From: a virus
Lineage: Duplodnaviria; Caudoviricetes
Reading direction: 5' to 3' (one strand)
Length of the DNA: 64,000 nt
Virus record (IMG/VR): IMGVR_UViG_3300028591_000074
Span: 160,001-224,000 of that record
Part shown: positions 8,897 to 18,830 of the stretch, piece after piece
Numbering within the stretch: the first letter of the stretch is position 1
Layout of the letters: every line of letters starts with the position of its first letter
Notes under the pieces: model-generated
Told to the model about the DNA's origin: nothing
The model's database searches: none
The model's input: only the letters and a program-made list of their open reading frames with translations
Made by a program: the position numbers and the translations under genes

Positions 8897-10420
8897 TTAC
8901 AATGTAACGAGGTCTCCATCAGTACCATCATCGATAAAGTCAATATCAGCAAGTTCAGTTGCCTGAATTGCTGTCTGATTTGTACCTAATTGGGTATTCC
9001 CAATGATGGTCTGTAATTCTTTTACTGATGTAGATGCAGTCACACGCACATCTTCGAGGTGGACGCCAATTGCGTTTGCATATAAATTAGCATACGCATC
9101 CTGATATTCTTGTATCAGTTTAGTTGCCGCCGACACCTCTTGTTTAAGTTTCTGAATCTTTGCATCCAGGTTAGATGTCCGATTTTCCGCATCCGTAGCT
9201 GCCATGACGGTTTCATGTAACTCGGAACGAAGATCGGAAATGACAGAATCTTTTTCAGTAATGTCATTAGCGGTGGCTTCAATCCTCTGCTTATATATAA
9301 GGTTAGAACTTGTGAGCGATTTATTTTCTGATTTCAAACGCTCGTTTGCAAGAATCAATTGCTTGTTCTTATCAGAAAGTTTTAAAGATTCGCTCTTTAA
9401 TCTGTCACTGGATGCCTTAATTGTTTGATAACGCATCTTGGACTTCTTAAGTTCCTCCTTCATAGAATCCATCTGAGAAGCAGTGATTCGTTCCATAGTT
9501 TTCATCTTTCTTCCAGATGCGGATTCCATAATAGCAATATGATTATTTAATGTAGAAACTTCTGAAGTAAGGGAAGCATTGATTTTCTGTAATTCTGCAA
9601 TCTTACTTCTGGAAGATGCATGAAGTTTCTTGTATCTATCTTTTGTACGCATAAGATCATTCTTTGTATCCAGATAAAGTTGTGTCATACCATCAACTCT
9701 TTGATCACGAATATCTACTTCTTCGCAATCTTCACAATCTTCAGTAGATTCAATCTTGTTGCACTCACGAATCTGATTCTTCTTATCTTCAATCATCTGA
9801 TATTCTTCAGATTGCTTTGCAAACTGTGCCTGAATTACATCAAGTGCTTCTGCGGAAGTAATAGAATCAAGATTTGTACGAACTGCGGCACATACTGCCT
9901 TATACTTCTTTTGAGTTTCAATGTCTGTAGATGCAGCAATTGCAGTAAACTCCGGTATAGATTCTGGATATGCAGGGAATGCTACAAGGTCAAATCCACG
10001 GAATACAAATGTATCCGGATCAACGGAATTGTTATAGATGTCACCTGCACCACGTACAGAGATACCAAACTTTACTCCGGCATCAATAAACTTCTTTACG
10101 ATTTGACCAACGGGTGTATCAATCAGATTGAATTTACCATAGATTTTTCCATCATCTTCTAGGTGTCCTTCGGTCATTACGATACATCCATTGCGGAAAT
10201 CCATGCAATTCGGATCTTTGGGATGTCCACAGAATCCAATGTACCACCCATTTGCAATTCCTTCAGCATATTCTTCAGATGCAAAGACAGTTTCCCAAAC
10301 TTCCCGTGTAATATCCAATCCATTCTTATTGGTGATATTTGCATCTGCGCATTCACCATCAAATGTTCCAATAATTACCGGGGAATTTACATCTGTTGCT
10401 TTAATAGTTGACTTCAACAT
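8897..10420 (-). CDS. prohead protease (gp21-like) fused to a coiled-coil scaffold-like tail
   Basis: NKNG, GHP (His), LIDTPVGQIVK, GISVRGAG (Ser) and FDLVAFPA motifs; about 250-aa coiled-coil C-terminus. Confidence 0.85.
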   Translation of the reverse strand: MLKSTIKATDVNSPVIIGTFDGECADANITNKNGLDITREVWETVFASEEYAEGIANGWYIGFCGHPKDPNCMDFRNGCIVMTEGHLEDDGKIYGKFNLIDTPVGQIVKKFIDAGVKFGISVRGAGDIYNNSVDPDTFVFRGFDLVAFPAYPESIPEFTAIAASTDIETQKKYKAVCAAVRTNLDSITSAEALDVIQAQFAKQSEEYQMIEDKKNQIRECNKIESTEDCEDCEEVDIRDQRVDGMTQLYLDTKNDLMRTKDRYKKLHASSRSKIAELQKINASLTSEVSTLNNHIAIMESASGRKMKTMERITASQMDSMKEELKKSKMRYQTIKASSDRLKSESLKLSDKNKQLILANERLKSENKSLTSSNLIYKQRIEATANDITEKDSVISDLRSELHETVMAATDAENRTSNLDAKIQKLKQEVSAATKLIQEYQDAYANLYANAIGVHLEDVRVTASTSVKELQTIIGNTQLGTNQTAIQATELADIDFIDDGTDGDLVTL

Positions 10421-10447
10421 ACTATCTCCTTTCGAACATACATTCGT

Positions 10448-10819
10448 CTATAGTAGTTTCTTTGCTGCCCCAGCAGAAAGACGAACTAAACCGCCGACAA
10501 GTAATGTCTTTGCAATCTCCTTGATAATTCCAGATTCCACAGGTTCTTCCCCATCACCCGGAAGGATAACATCTACGGAATCATCTAAATTATCATATGC
10601 TTCAAAATTTGTATCTTCTACTTGTTCGACAGTATGTTCATCTACTGGAACATCTGTTGCATTATTGGTTTCTATTATATACAAAGAATCTCCTACATTC
10701 AATTGGATCTTGTTATCAATTGTTTCGGAAATACCAACATCTAAATCCTGTAGTTCTTCTATTTTCGATAAAAGATCGATGAGTGATGCAGGAGTAAATA
10801 CAATACTGTCCATAAACAT
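10448..10819 (-). CDS. acidic head-operon protein
   Basis: GGAGG RBS, upstream motif at 10851-10863, directly precedes the protease. Confidence 0.6.
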   Translation of the reverse strand: MFMDSIVFTPASLIDLLSKIEELQDLDVGISETIDNKIQLNVGDSLYIIETNNATDVPVDEHTVEQVEDTNFEAYDNLDDSVDVILPGDGEEPVESGIIKEIAKTLLVGGLVRLSAGAAKKLL

Positions 10820-10880
10820 TTGTCCTCCATATAAAAAATCTAACCTATATATTATACAAGGTTATTTTGTAAATACAAAA

Positions 10881-10905
10881 AAGTGGCAGATATAATCTGC
10901 CACTT
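10881..10905. terminator. hairpin terminator
   Basis: AAGTGGCAGAT-ATA-ATCTGCCACTT with T-tail on the minus strand. Confidence 0.7.
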
Positions 10906-10921
10906 AAATAGTTATTAATTA

Positions 10922-11737
10922 TTAAATTTGTTGCAATCCTAATTCTTCGAGTGTACAATTACCACCCTGCCGTTCAGGAGCATTACCACCTAGTATTTCC
11001 GCTACATCAAAATCGTCAAGTAATTTATTTACACGTATTGCACCTGTGATTACCCATGGAACTGTATCAGGATTCGGATTTGTTCTATATCGATAATACC
11101 CATTCTTCGGTAATTTTGGAAGTCCAGCTAATGAGTGCTGGTATTTATCAGATCTATATTGGCTACCATCTGGGTTTGTTCTCATATATCCTTGTTCGTA
11201 TGCTTCGTCATTATAATCAATATCCATGACGTAATCGCACTCTGCCCAAATGAAATCATATGGAAAATATGGTGCGTTATTATCAACAACTTGTAAATAC
11301 TCATCAATGTCTTTTACATAGAATATTTTCCCAATGTTTGATTGTTTAGCAACAGAATTTATGAATGTTCTATAAGCATTTACAGTTTTAGATATCTCAG
11401 TAGAATCATCAATATCAACTATTTCCCAACTAAATGAACGATCAAATTGCTTTGCTCTTGGGATGTCACCAAGATGCCATCCAGGTCTATATGCCAAATC
11501 CCCACCGCCAGTAGACTTAACCTTCTTTCTACCAGTTTTTGACAATCCAGCAAATTCACCCTCTTCGGCATCAAGCCATACACCTACTGGTGTATCTTCC
11601 CCACCTGGATTTGCCACCATAGGTGGATACAATTTGCCATTCTTTATGCGAAACACTTTGTAAGCCTTACCTGTAACGGAATTTGAATAATCATTCGTGG
11701 AAATTCCTGACATAATCGGTCTTAAATATCGATACAT
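10922..11737 (-). CDS. hypothetical protein (LYPPM / YRPGWH motifs)
   Basis: likely start ATG 11737 after GAGGTG; N-terminus MYRYLRPIMSG. Confidence 0.65.
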   Translation of the reverse strand: MYRYLRPIMSGISTNDYSNSVTGKAYKVFRIKNGKLYPPMVANPGGEDTPVGVWLDAEEGEFAGLSKTGRKKVKSTGGGDLAYRPGWHLGDIPRAKQFDRSFSWEIVDIDDSTEISKTVNAYRTFINSVAKQSNIGKIFYVKDIDEYLQVVDNNAPYFPYDFIWAECDYVMDIDYNDEAYEQGYMRTNPDGSQYRSDKYQHSLAGLPKLPKNGYYRYRTNPNPDTVPWVITGAIRVNKLLDDFDVAEILGGNAPERQGGNCTLEELGLQQI

Positions 11738-11781
11738 TTTCGCACCTCGCCAAAGTAAAAAAATTATATAGATATACAAGG

Positions 11782-12777
11782 TTACGCAATCTTATGTTCA
11801 GCAAAGAACTTTCCAATATTTGCATCCCGTGTTAAATCAGAATAAATCTGCAACATACTAGCAGAATCCCAGTTTACCATATCTTGAATAATGTCGATAG
11901 GAACATTCTGCTTAATCAGCATAGTAGTAAAATAATGACGGATCGAATGCCAATAGAAATCTTTACCTAAGATTTTTGTAAAATATCTCGCCCATTCATT
12001 CAGAGATTCTATAGATAATGGTTTATTATGAAATTTATAGGAAACAAACATGCAATCGCCACGGATATTATGTTTCTTGTAATCTTCTAGTAGCAAATCA
12101 AGATACGGTTTGAACTGATCTTTTAAAACATATAGATGGATAGGTTTTCCATTTGCCCCTCTACCTTTTGTCTTTATCGGTTCACTGGATTTCCACAAAG
12201 AATCATAAATGATGTTTTCATCTTTGAAATCGGAAATGCGAAACCTGAACAACTCTGATTTTCTTCTTCCGGAATACATCGCAAGGGCAAGAGCAGTTGC
12301 TTGCCGGATCTTATCATTCTTTACAAGATGCTCCAATAATCCATTTAATTCTTCTTCAGTAAATACAGATTTTGTCAGGACCTTACGTTTTGTAGGAGAA
12401 TCAATCTTCTGAATTACATTCTTATATCCAGGATATTCATCATCTAAGATGTTCTCTATATAGTTCGACATAGTAGATAATGAAGATTTCACTGTATGTA
12501 ATCTATTTGAAGACCAATTTAACGTATGTAAGGCATGATCTTGAAACCGGATAAAATCCCTCTTTGTAATTTCTGTAAAATCCTTATTCTGATTATGTAT
12601 CAGATTGTAAACAAAAAATGCTTCGATGTTTTTCTGATATATATGAATTGTAGATGGTGCCCTGTCTATGGATTTAAGGTAGGATAGAAAATCCCTCAGT
12701 AGTAATTTGTTTTCTGATTTTATCATTTTTATAGATTCATCATCTGTTAGAATATTTTTCTGTACTTTTCTTGACAT
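11782..12777 (-). CDS. tyrosine recombinase/integrase (XerC/D-like)
   Basis: SGRRKSEL (R-I), WHSIRH (HxxR), C-terminal catalytic Tyr in LQIY, N-terminal core-binding domain. Confidence 0.85.
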   Translation of the reverse strand: MSRKVQKNILTDDESIKMIKSENKLLLRDFLSYLKSIDRAPSTIHIYQKNIEAFFVYNLIHNQNKDFTEITKRDFIRFQDHALHTLNWSSNRLHTVKSSLSTMSNYIENILDDEYPGYKNVIQKIDSPTKRKVLTKSVFTEEELNGLLEHLVKNDKIRQATALALAMYSGRRKSELFRFRISDFKDENIIYDSLWKSSEPIKTKGRGANGKPIHLYVLKDQFKPYLDLLLEDYKKHNIRGDCMFVSYKFHNKPLSIESLNEWARYFTKILGKDFYWHSIRHYFTTMLIKQNVPIDIIQDMVNWDSASMLQIYSDLTRDANIGKFFAEHKIA

Positions 12778-12898
12778 AGCATTACCTCCTATTGGATTCT
12801 TGATATTGTAATATCCTTAAATATTATAACGATTTACTACATGAAATTTTGGTAAATACTAAAAATGACAGTTCACCATTTATGATGGACTGTCACAG

Positions 12899-12943
12899 TA
12901 TCTTTTGATTTATCTTTAAATTTCAAAAGATAATCAAAAGATA
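12899..12943. repeat. 18-19 bp inverted repeat with 8-bp spacer upstream of the recombinase
   Basis: TATCTTTTGATTTATCTTT-AAATTTCA-AAAGATAATCAAAAGATA. Confidence 0.7.
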
Positions 12944-13185
12944 AGATATATTATATTATCTCTCATTTATTCTATGATAATAATCATGCTGGAAACTTAA
13001 GGAAAGTTAAATCAATTTACTATCAACTTAGAAAACGCCATGTTTTAGCCATTTTTCATTTTTACCATTCTCATAAAACCCTGTTTTGGAAAGTTACCGG
13101 AAAGTTAAAATAACCATCTCGCCAATTTCCCACAAGTTGTAGGCGATTTGTTCTGTATATAATTGCTGATACATTCAAAAGATAG

Positions 13186-13425
13186 TCAAAAGTTATTCTG
13201 TTTCAAATATTGATTCAACTTCATCCTTACATCTTCTGCTCGGTTTTCTAATGCGCAATAATCTGGATAAGGTGATTGTAAGATGCTATCAACAATATGA
13301 TTGTACATATCTTTCGGAATATCCATAGACAAAGAATACCTGATACCAGTTTTCTTATATGTTGGATACAATAGATGTTTTCCATAGGCTTCTGGTGTGT
13401 AGTAATCAAAATTGGACTTTATCAT
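13186..13425 (-). CDS. hypothetical protein
   Basis: 79-aa ORF with GGAG RBS. Confidence 0.5.
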   Translation of the reverse strand: MIKSNFDYYTPEAYGKHLLYPTYKKTGIRYSLSMDIPKDMYNHIVDSILQSPYPDYCALENRAEDVRMKLNQYLKQNNF

Positions 13426-13445
13426 AATAGATCTCCATAATGATT

Positions 13446-13598
13446 TTATGCTGGTTTATTTTCTGTGTATTTTGTGATGATTTTTAATACATCCTCAATT
13501 CTTACAACTCCGTCAATCGTAAGGCTATTTCCGATACAAACCGAGCCTTCCATTTCTAAAATTTCATTTTTAATTTTAGATGATTCCTCTTTGGTCAT
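13446..13598 (-). CDS. small hypothetical protein (MTKEESSK...)
   Basis: GGAGG RBS before ATG at about 13598; AATCGTTATAAT motif at 13630-13641. Confidence 0.45.
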   Translation of the reverse strand: MTKEESSKIKNEILEMEGSVCIGNSLTIDGVVRIEDVLKIITKYTENKPA

Positions 13599-13976
13599 AT
13601 TTGTACCTCCCCATATATTCATTATATACATTATAACGATTCCAATCAAGAAAAAGAACAGCCCACCCTTCCGGATGGACTGCTCTAATTAAGTGGGACA
13701 CCGTGGTCCGCTGGATCCAGCGTGATGCCCTCATTTTTACATTTTCTCCCCCATGAAATAACGGTTTGATGGGGTTTATCCGTTAGAATTCTGTTTATCA
13801 AAATATGCCTTACAAGTGTCATATCTGTAACACTCAATGCAATCATCGTGAACTTTATCTGCAATATAATCACAATCTGTGTCGAATATCATAATATTAT
13901 CCATTGTGCCACCTCAATTATTTGATGTGGTTTTTGTTCTCCCGTTTTGCTCCGTAAATCTCCGCTAACGGGTCGA

Positions 13977-15713
13977 TTATACCTTTTTCGGGTACATTTT
14001 AATAAACTGCGCCATCATTTTTCCCATCTTAACTCCCATCTGACTGTTCCAGTGCAATCCATCGCTTGTGTAGCTTGAAATGTTGATACTGTTCATTCCA
14101 CTGCACCCCCACAAGTCAAGAACAGGAATGCTATATTCTTCGCACATTTCAATAATTACATCACGGTAATCTTTCAATGTGTGTCCGGCGGCGTTGATGC
14201 CAGATATCGGATCGGTTGAATAATTTCGCTTTGTCGGAGTAAAGAAAACAAGTGTTGATGTTGGTTTTCTCGTTGTCAATTCTTCGATAATATGTTTTAC
14301 TGCTCCATAGAATGTGGTCAGATCGGTGTCTGTTTTTACTCCTATGGGGATATTCGAGCCGAAATCATTAGTTCCGCCCATAACGGTAATCAATGTCACC
14401 CCGGCTAAATCAACGGAATCCACACGGACACAAAATGCGGAAGTGTCAGATTCGCTTGCTTTCGCCATTGATGTTCCTGAAACTCCGTAATTGTACAATA
14501 ACGCAAGTTCAAGATTATTTTTCATGGTATTTATATATGTTGCCTGTGCTGTAATGCTATCACCGATGGATGCTCCCATCATTCCTTTATACCATGATGT
14601 TGCATTTATCTTTTCGTTTACAAGTGCTTCGACTTGTTCGATACCTTTGGAATAATCATTGAATATCGTCTGCATCACTGTTCCATCTGCGTAATAATTG
14701 CTTGCTATACCACCCAAGCACCACTTCATATTATTTTCAGCAACATCGGAACGCTGTGAAATATCAACAGAAAATGTATTAGTGCCATCAGACAGAACAA
14801 ATGTCCCGTCCTGATTATTCGTAACGGTCAACTTTGACATATCAAACGAAGGTATTCCGCTTACAGCCGCCCCATCAAATGTATATGTCCCAGAATTAAA
14901 CAAAACAAACTTTCCATAAGATGATCCGGATGCAAGACATAATGCTAATGCCTTGAATGCGCCAGTGTAATAATCCGTATATGCCATTGTAACATATTTG
15001 TTTGTGGAATAATTGCAACTGATTTTATATATTCTATCGAATCGGTAATATCCCCATACTGTTGTCGGTTTCGTGGTCTGTATGACATTCTGCCCACTGA
15101 TATCCATTACAAGATCCACACCACGATATATAATTTTGATTGCTAATCTATTATAATCGACATCAGATTGTACCACATCAATTTCGCCCTGAAGTTTAGT
15201 ATCACACCCTTGAACCATTGCTGCCGGAGACGAATATTCTTTGCCATCAAATCCTGTTTTCATGTCATAAAGCTGGTTTGCGTTTGCCCTAATAGCATCA
15301 CCTGCGGAGTTATAAGTCTGACCATGAACACCAATATGGGTGTCTGCTAATTCTGCATCTCCTGTGGTAGAACCTTCTGGAAGTGCTATAATGTTATCAA
15401 TACGGCTATTTGCAGTTGCAAGACCACTTGTTAAGTTATCAATGTCACTACTAAGATCATCAATCTCACTATCGACATCATCAAACTTCGCATTATAGTC
15501 ATTTGCTACTGTATCGAACTTATCTTTCAAGTCTGTCTGATCATTCAGTGTACCGGAGATAGTTCCCCATGCTACACCATGTTTTGTGATTTCTTCTGTC
15601 AGGTCATCCCCTGTCATGTAATAGGATTCACCGCCACCGACAATGTATGTTTTGTCAGTAGACTCTAAGGTTCTTTTCCGTCTTAATTCGCCTAATTTCT
15701 TATCTTCTGCCAT
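13977..15713 (-). CDS. tail-associated protein with C-terminal SGNH/GDSL hydrolase
   Basis: SIGDSIT, GVSGT, GGTND and DGLH blocks; N-terminal coiled coil. Confidence 0.8.
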   Translation of the reverse strand: MAEDKKLGELRRKRTLESTDKTYIVGGGESYYMTGDDLTEEITKHGVAWGTISGTLNDQTDLKDKFDTVANDYNAKFDDVDSEIDDLSSDIDNLTSGLATANSRIDNIIALPEGSTTGDAELADTHIGVHGQTYNSAGDAIRANANQLYDMKTGFDGKEYSSPAAMVQGCDTKLQGEIDVVQSDVDYNRLAIKIIYRGVDLVMDISGQNVIQTTKPTTVWGYYRFDRIYKISCNYSTNKYVTMAYTDYYTGAFKALALCLASGSSYGKFVLFNSGTYTFDGAAVSGIPSFDMSKLTVTNNQDGTFVLSDGTNTFSVDISQRSDVAENNMKWCLGGIASNYYADGTVMQTIFNDYSKGIEQVEALVNEKINATSWYKGMMGASIGDSITAQATYINTMKNNLELALLYNYGVSGTSMAKASESDTSAFCVRVDSVDLAGVTLITVMGGTNDFGSNIPIGVKTDTDLTTFYGAVKHIIEELTTRKPTSTLVFFTPTKRNYSTDPISGINAAGHTLKDYRDVIIEMCEEYSIPVLDLWGCSGMNSINISSYTSDGLHWNSQMGVKMGKMMAQFIKMYPKKV

Positions 15714-15734
15714 TGATAAATTACCTCCGTTTTC

Positions 15735-17354
15735 TTATAACAGTAGAAGTCCACCATCTTCTAATAATAGATTTCCACCTTCTTCTAATTCCATATATCT
15801 TACGTATTCATACCAATCTGTTAAATCCGCTGATGTTACATTTAAACCGTCAAACATATCTTCTACATATGGATCCTCGTAATGTACTTTTCCAGTTTGT
15901 GTCCACCAGTAGATGATTTGTTCATTTTCCGATACGGTGAAGTATAAATACAATGGTTCTTCTGTATTAAATATTGTGTAGGGAACTAAACATCCCTGTT
16001 TATATTTCGATTTTACAAAAGATACAGGTCCAGATTTATTTGGAAGTTTCTCCGTTAGTAACTGGTTTAGTGCATTTGGATAATCTGATGTATCTCCTAA
16101 TAATGCATAAGGTATGTTATCATTGAATGGGTAAGTTACCTTTGTTGCAAATTCGGAAACACTACCAATTTGTATTTTCCATACTACCTGTACTACTTGA
16201 TTTACACCAACCTTTAAGACATTTTCCTTTAATATCTTCCGGTTTTCTGGAACATGCATATCCCAGTTTTCCTGATTGGGTGGAACAATACGATATCCAG
16301 CAAGTAGTCCGTTTTCATTACCTGATTGGAATGTTTTCTTAGACCAAAGACCTGCTTCTGTGATGAAGATATAGTCATTGTCTTTCGGTCTAAATTGCTT
16401 TAATGCACCTGTACTTATAATGGAACTAAATACAATGTCTATGGTTTTAGGTACTTCTGCTTCGTATTCTGGAACTACATCCCGGTAGGAAATGTCCATT
16501 CTTGGGAAGGTTGGACTAATCAGTTCCATATTGATTGTAGTATCTAAAGATGGTTGGTAGACATCATCTTCCTGTTCCCATAAATTGGTATCAAATACAC
16601 TTGCCGGAATTGGTGTATCAGAAGTACATTTATATAAAATACCTTTATAGGTTACTTCATCACCAACACGATAATTGGATGTCACATCATAGGAACTCCA
16701 AGGCCAACCTAATCCGAACCATTTTCGGTTATTGTTCTTATCCGCAGAATAACCATCAGCACCATAGCCAGGAACATGTTCCATATATTCAACAAATCGT
16801 GCTTCTTCATTATATTGAAGAAATGCATTTCTTGCTAAATCATAATTTTCCTTCGCACGTTCGACTGCGCGTTTCTTCCTTTGGATTCTATCAGAACATA
16901 TCGTACAATTTGCACATTCTTCGGTTGCAGGCCAATATTTACATTCATTCGACATAGCAACATTGGCTGCATCTAAAACTTCTTTGGCTTCGTTCATTGC
17001 CTGAAGAAGTGCCTGATATTCTGGATCGGATGAGTTTGGAACAGAATCACCAATACCTGCCGGAAGTCCTTCTGAATCTTGATCTTGATTGATAAGTCCC
17101 ATTGTACCGAGGGAAATATATCTTGGTACAAAATTAGACAGCATAGAATAACCAGGATTCAGTCCATGTGTTTCATTTGGAAAGAAATCACCAATCAGAT
17201 GATGTGCTATGCCAAATAACATGGAATTGGTAGCCTGATTATGTCCAATATGTTCTTGAACTACCTTTCCTGTAATTCGATCTATTACCTGTATGGAAAC
17301 ATTTTGCTTAATGCTAAGATGCTTTGCGGCATCTAATATTCCTTGCTTAGTCAT
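15735..17354 (-). CDS. tail/baseplate structural protein with CBM5/12-like module
   Basis: YRVGDEVTYKGILYKC...W module; ITEAGLWS motif typical of tail-fibre N-terminal/collar domains. Confidence 0.6.
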   Translation of the reverse strand: MTKQGILDAAKHLSIKQNVSIQVIDRITGKVVQEHIGHNQATNSMLFGIAHHLIGDFFPNETHGLNPGYSMLSNFVPRYISLGTMGLINQDQDSEGLPAGIGDSVPNSSDPEYQALLQAMNEAKEVLDAANVAMSNECKYWPATEECANCTICSDRIQRKKRAVERAKENYDLARNAFLQYNEEARFVEYMEHVPGYGADGYSADKNNNRKWFGLGWPWSSYDVTSNYRVGDEVTYKGILYKCTSDTPIPASVFDTNLWEQEDDVYQPSLDTTINMELISPTFPRMDISYRDVVPEYEAEVPKTIDIVFSSIISTGALKQFRPKDNDYIFITEAGLWSKKTFQSGNENGLLAGYRIVPPNQENWDMHVPENRKILKENVLKVGVNQVVQVVWKIQIGSVSEFATKVTYPFNDNIPYALLGDTSDYPNALNQLLTEKLPNKSGPVSFVKSKYKQGCLVPYTIFNTEEPLYLYFTVSENEQIIYWWTQTGKVHYEDPYVEDMFDGLNVTSADLTDWYEYVRYMELEEGGNLLLEDGGLLLL

Positions 17355-17363
17355 TACTACCCC

Positions 17364-17765
17364 CTACGGAATCTCTGTAGTTGTAGATTCTTCATCATGT
17401 ACTGTAATTGTTGTAGTCCTATATGAATTTGTTCCCTTGATCTCTAATGTATATTCTCTTGGTGCAAGTTCTTGATTCAGTTGATTATCCTCATGTTCCG
17501 GTTCATGCGCATCAACACGTCTATGTAAATTTGGATTGGTGAAACCTGTTACAATATCGTTATCATATTCAAATTGATTTAATATATTACCATCGGAATC
17601 TTGAACAACAGATGATTTCTGATAAACAGTAGATGGATACGGCTTATATATCGGTGTTGGTGGATTAGTGAAAGTGTCATATCCTGCAATATATTGTAGA
17701 TTTTCAAAATCAGATCGAGTCCAATGTTTGTCATCACCACTTGTAGTTGTTTGCGTATTTGGCAT
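17364..17765 (-). CDS. hypothetical virion protein
   Basis: 133-aa ORF behind the AACCTTTTATAAT motif. Confidence 0.55.
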   Translation of the reverse strand: MPNTQTTTSGDDKHWTRSDFENLQYIAGYDTFTNPPTPIYKPYPSTVYQKSSVVQDSDGNILNQFEYDNDIVTGFTNPNLHRRVDAHEPEHEDNQLNQELAPREYTLEIKGTNSYRTTTITVHDEESTTTEIP

Positions 17766-17828
17766 AAACTTTGAACCCCCTTCTGCATAGTTTTCCCTAT
17801 AAGATTATAAAAGGTTTGGTTAAGCAAA

Positions 17829-17881
17829 ATAGAAAGTAGATACAATGTCAGAAATATTTCTTCACTGTATCCACTTTCTAT
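17829..17881. terminator. long imperfect hairpin downstream of the DGR-like target gene
   Basis: ATAGAAAGTAGATACAATG...CACTGTATCCACTTTCTAT. Confidence 0.6.
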
Positions 17882-17971
17882 GTGTTGTTATTTAATTATT
17901 TTTTCTCACTATAGTGTTTGTGTTATGGTAGTTTTGTGTTACTTTTATCTTATGTTTACGATTATTGTTGG

Positions 17972-18808
17972 TTATAAGCAGCACGCGGGTGCAAGGCCAC
18001 GAGCAATGGACGCGAAGCTGTCGACGGCATCCCCGTCGTTATAGACAGCACAGAAGCGACCGGAACCGCTACCACGAGGTGAACGCTCCCACCAGCTATC
18101 GGACACTAAACTACTATTCCATTTCGGTAATTTGTATCTATTTGCTGTGGCATTAGCAAACCAAGCATATTGACTACCTTCACCCGCCTTGCTATAAGTC
18201 ACACTACCAAAAATCTCAATTTCTGATAATAAGAAGCAATAATTACTGTCTGTGTTTATAATAGAACTTTGATTTCCTGCACTAGTTAATTTATCAACAG
18301 GCTTAACTAAATTCTTAAAGTAAGAAGGTAATGCATTATAGAATACATTATTACACCATGTTCTTCTAGCGCATGAAGTCCAACCGCCGACATTAGTATT
18401 ACTACTATTCATGTAACCATGTTCTGTATTAGATGAACCTGTTGTATCAGTAACCGTAGCATCTCTCAAACAATTCTTTAAATCAACCGTAATCAATGCT
18501 TTTGTAATATTACCTACCGGAGTAGTTAAGGTATCATGATCGAAATCTAAAATCTGAAACTCTACTGTCTGTGCTCTATGGCTTTCCCCAACTCCAGTAG
18601 CTTCCATAGCTGCAAGGTCAACACTTCTCGTATCACCCAAATCCCAAACAGACTTAATCTCATCTAAACTTAGTATTCCATTATAATAAGCATTCACCAT
18701 AGCAGTTATTTCATCATTTGTTCCGGTAGCCCATGAAACAAGTGCAGGTTTCTTTGGTTCATATGCCTTACGAGTATAATTTACACCATTATACATGATA
18801 ACGCCCAT
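17972..18808 (-). CDS. DUF6273/CLec-like tail protein, putative DGR target
   Basis: GGW...RRTW, FLLSEIEIFG, GSQYAWF and WWERSP...F..V...G......A....GLAPACCL C-terminus. Confidence 0.7.
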   Translation of the reverse strand: MGVIMYNGVNYTRKAYEPKKPALVSWATGTNDEITAMVNAYYNGILSLDEIKSVWDLGDTRSVDLAAMEATGVGESHRAQTVEFQILDFDHDTLTTPVGNITKALITVDLKNCLRDATVTDTTGSSNTEHGYMNSSNTNVGGWTSCARRTWCNNVFYNALPSYFKNLVKPVDKLTSAGNQSSIINTDSNYCFLLSEIEIFGSVTYSKAGEGSQYAWFANATANRYKLPKWNSSLVSDSWWERSPRGSGSGRFCAVYNDGDAVDSFASIARGLAPACCL

Positions 18809-18830
18809 AATGTTATTCTCTCCTTTATTA

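Noticed and set aside
13685-13975. GC-richer stretch considered as a DGR template repeat or ncRNA
   Set aside because: No similarity to 17972-18110; it holds a short Cys-rich ORF and a terminator-like hairpin, not enough for a call.
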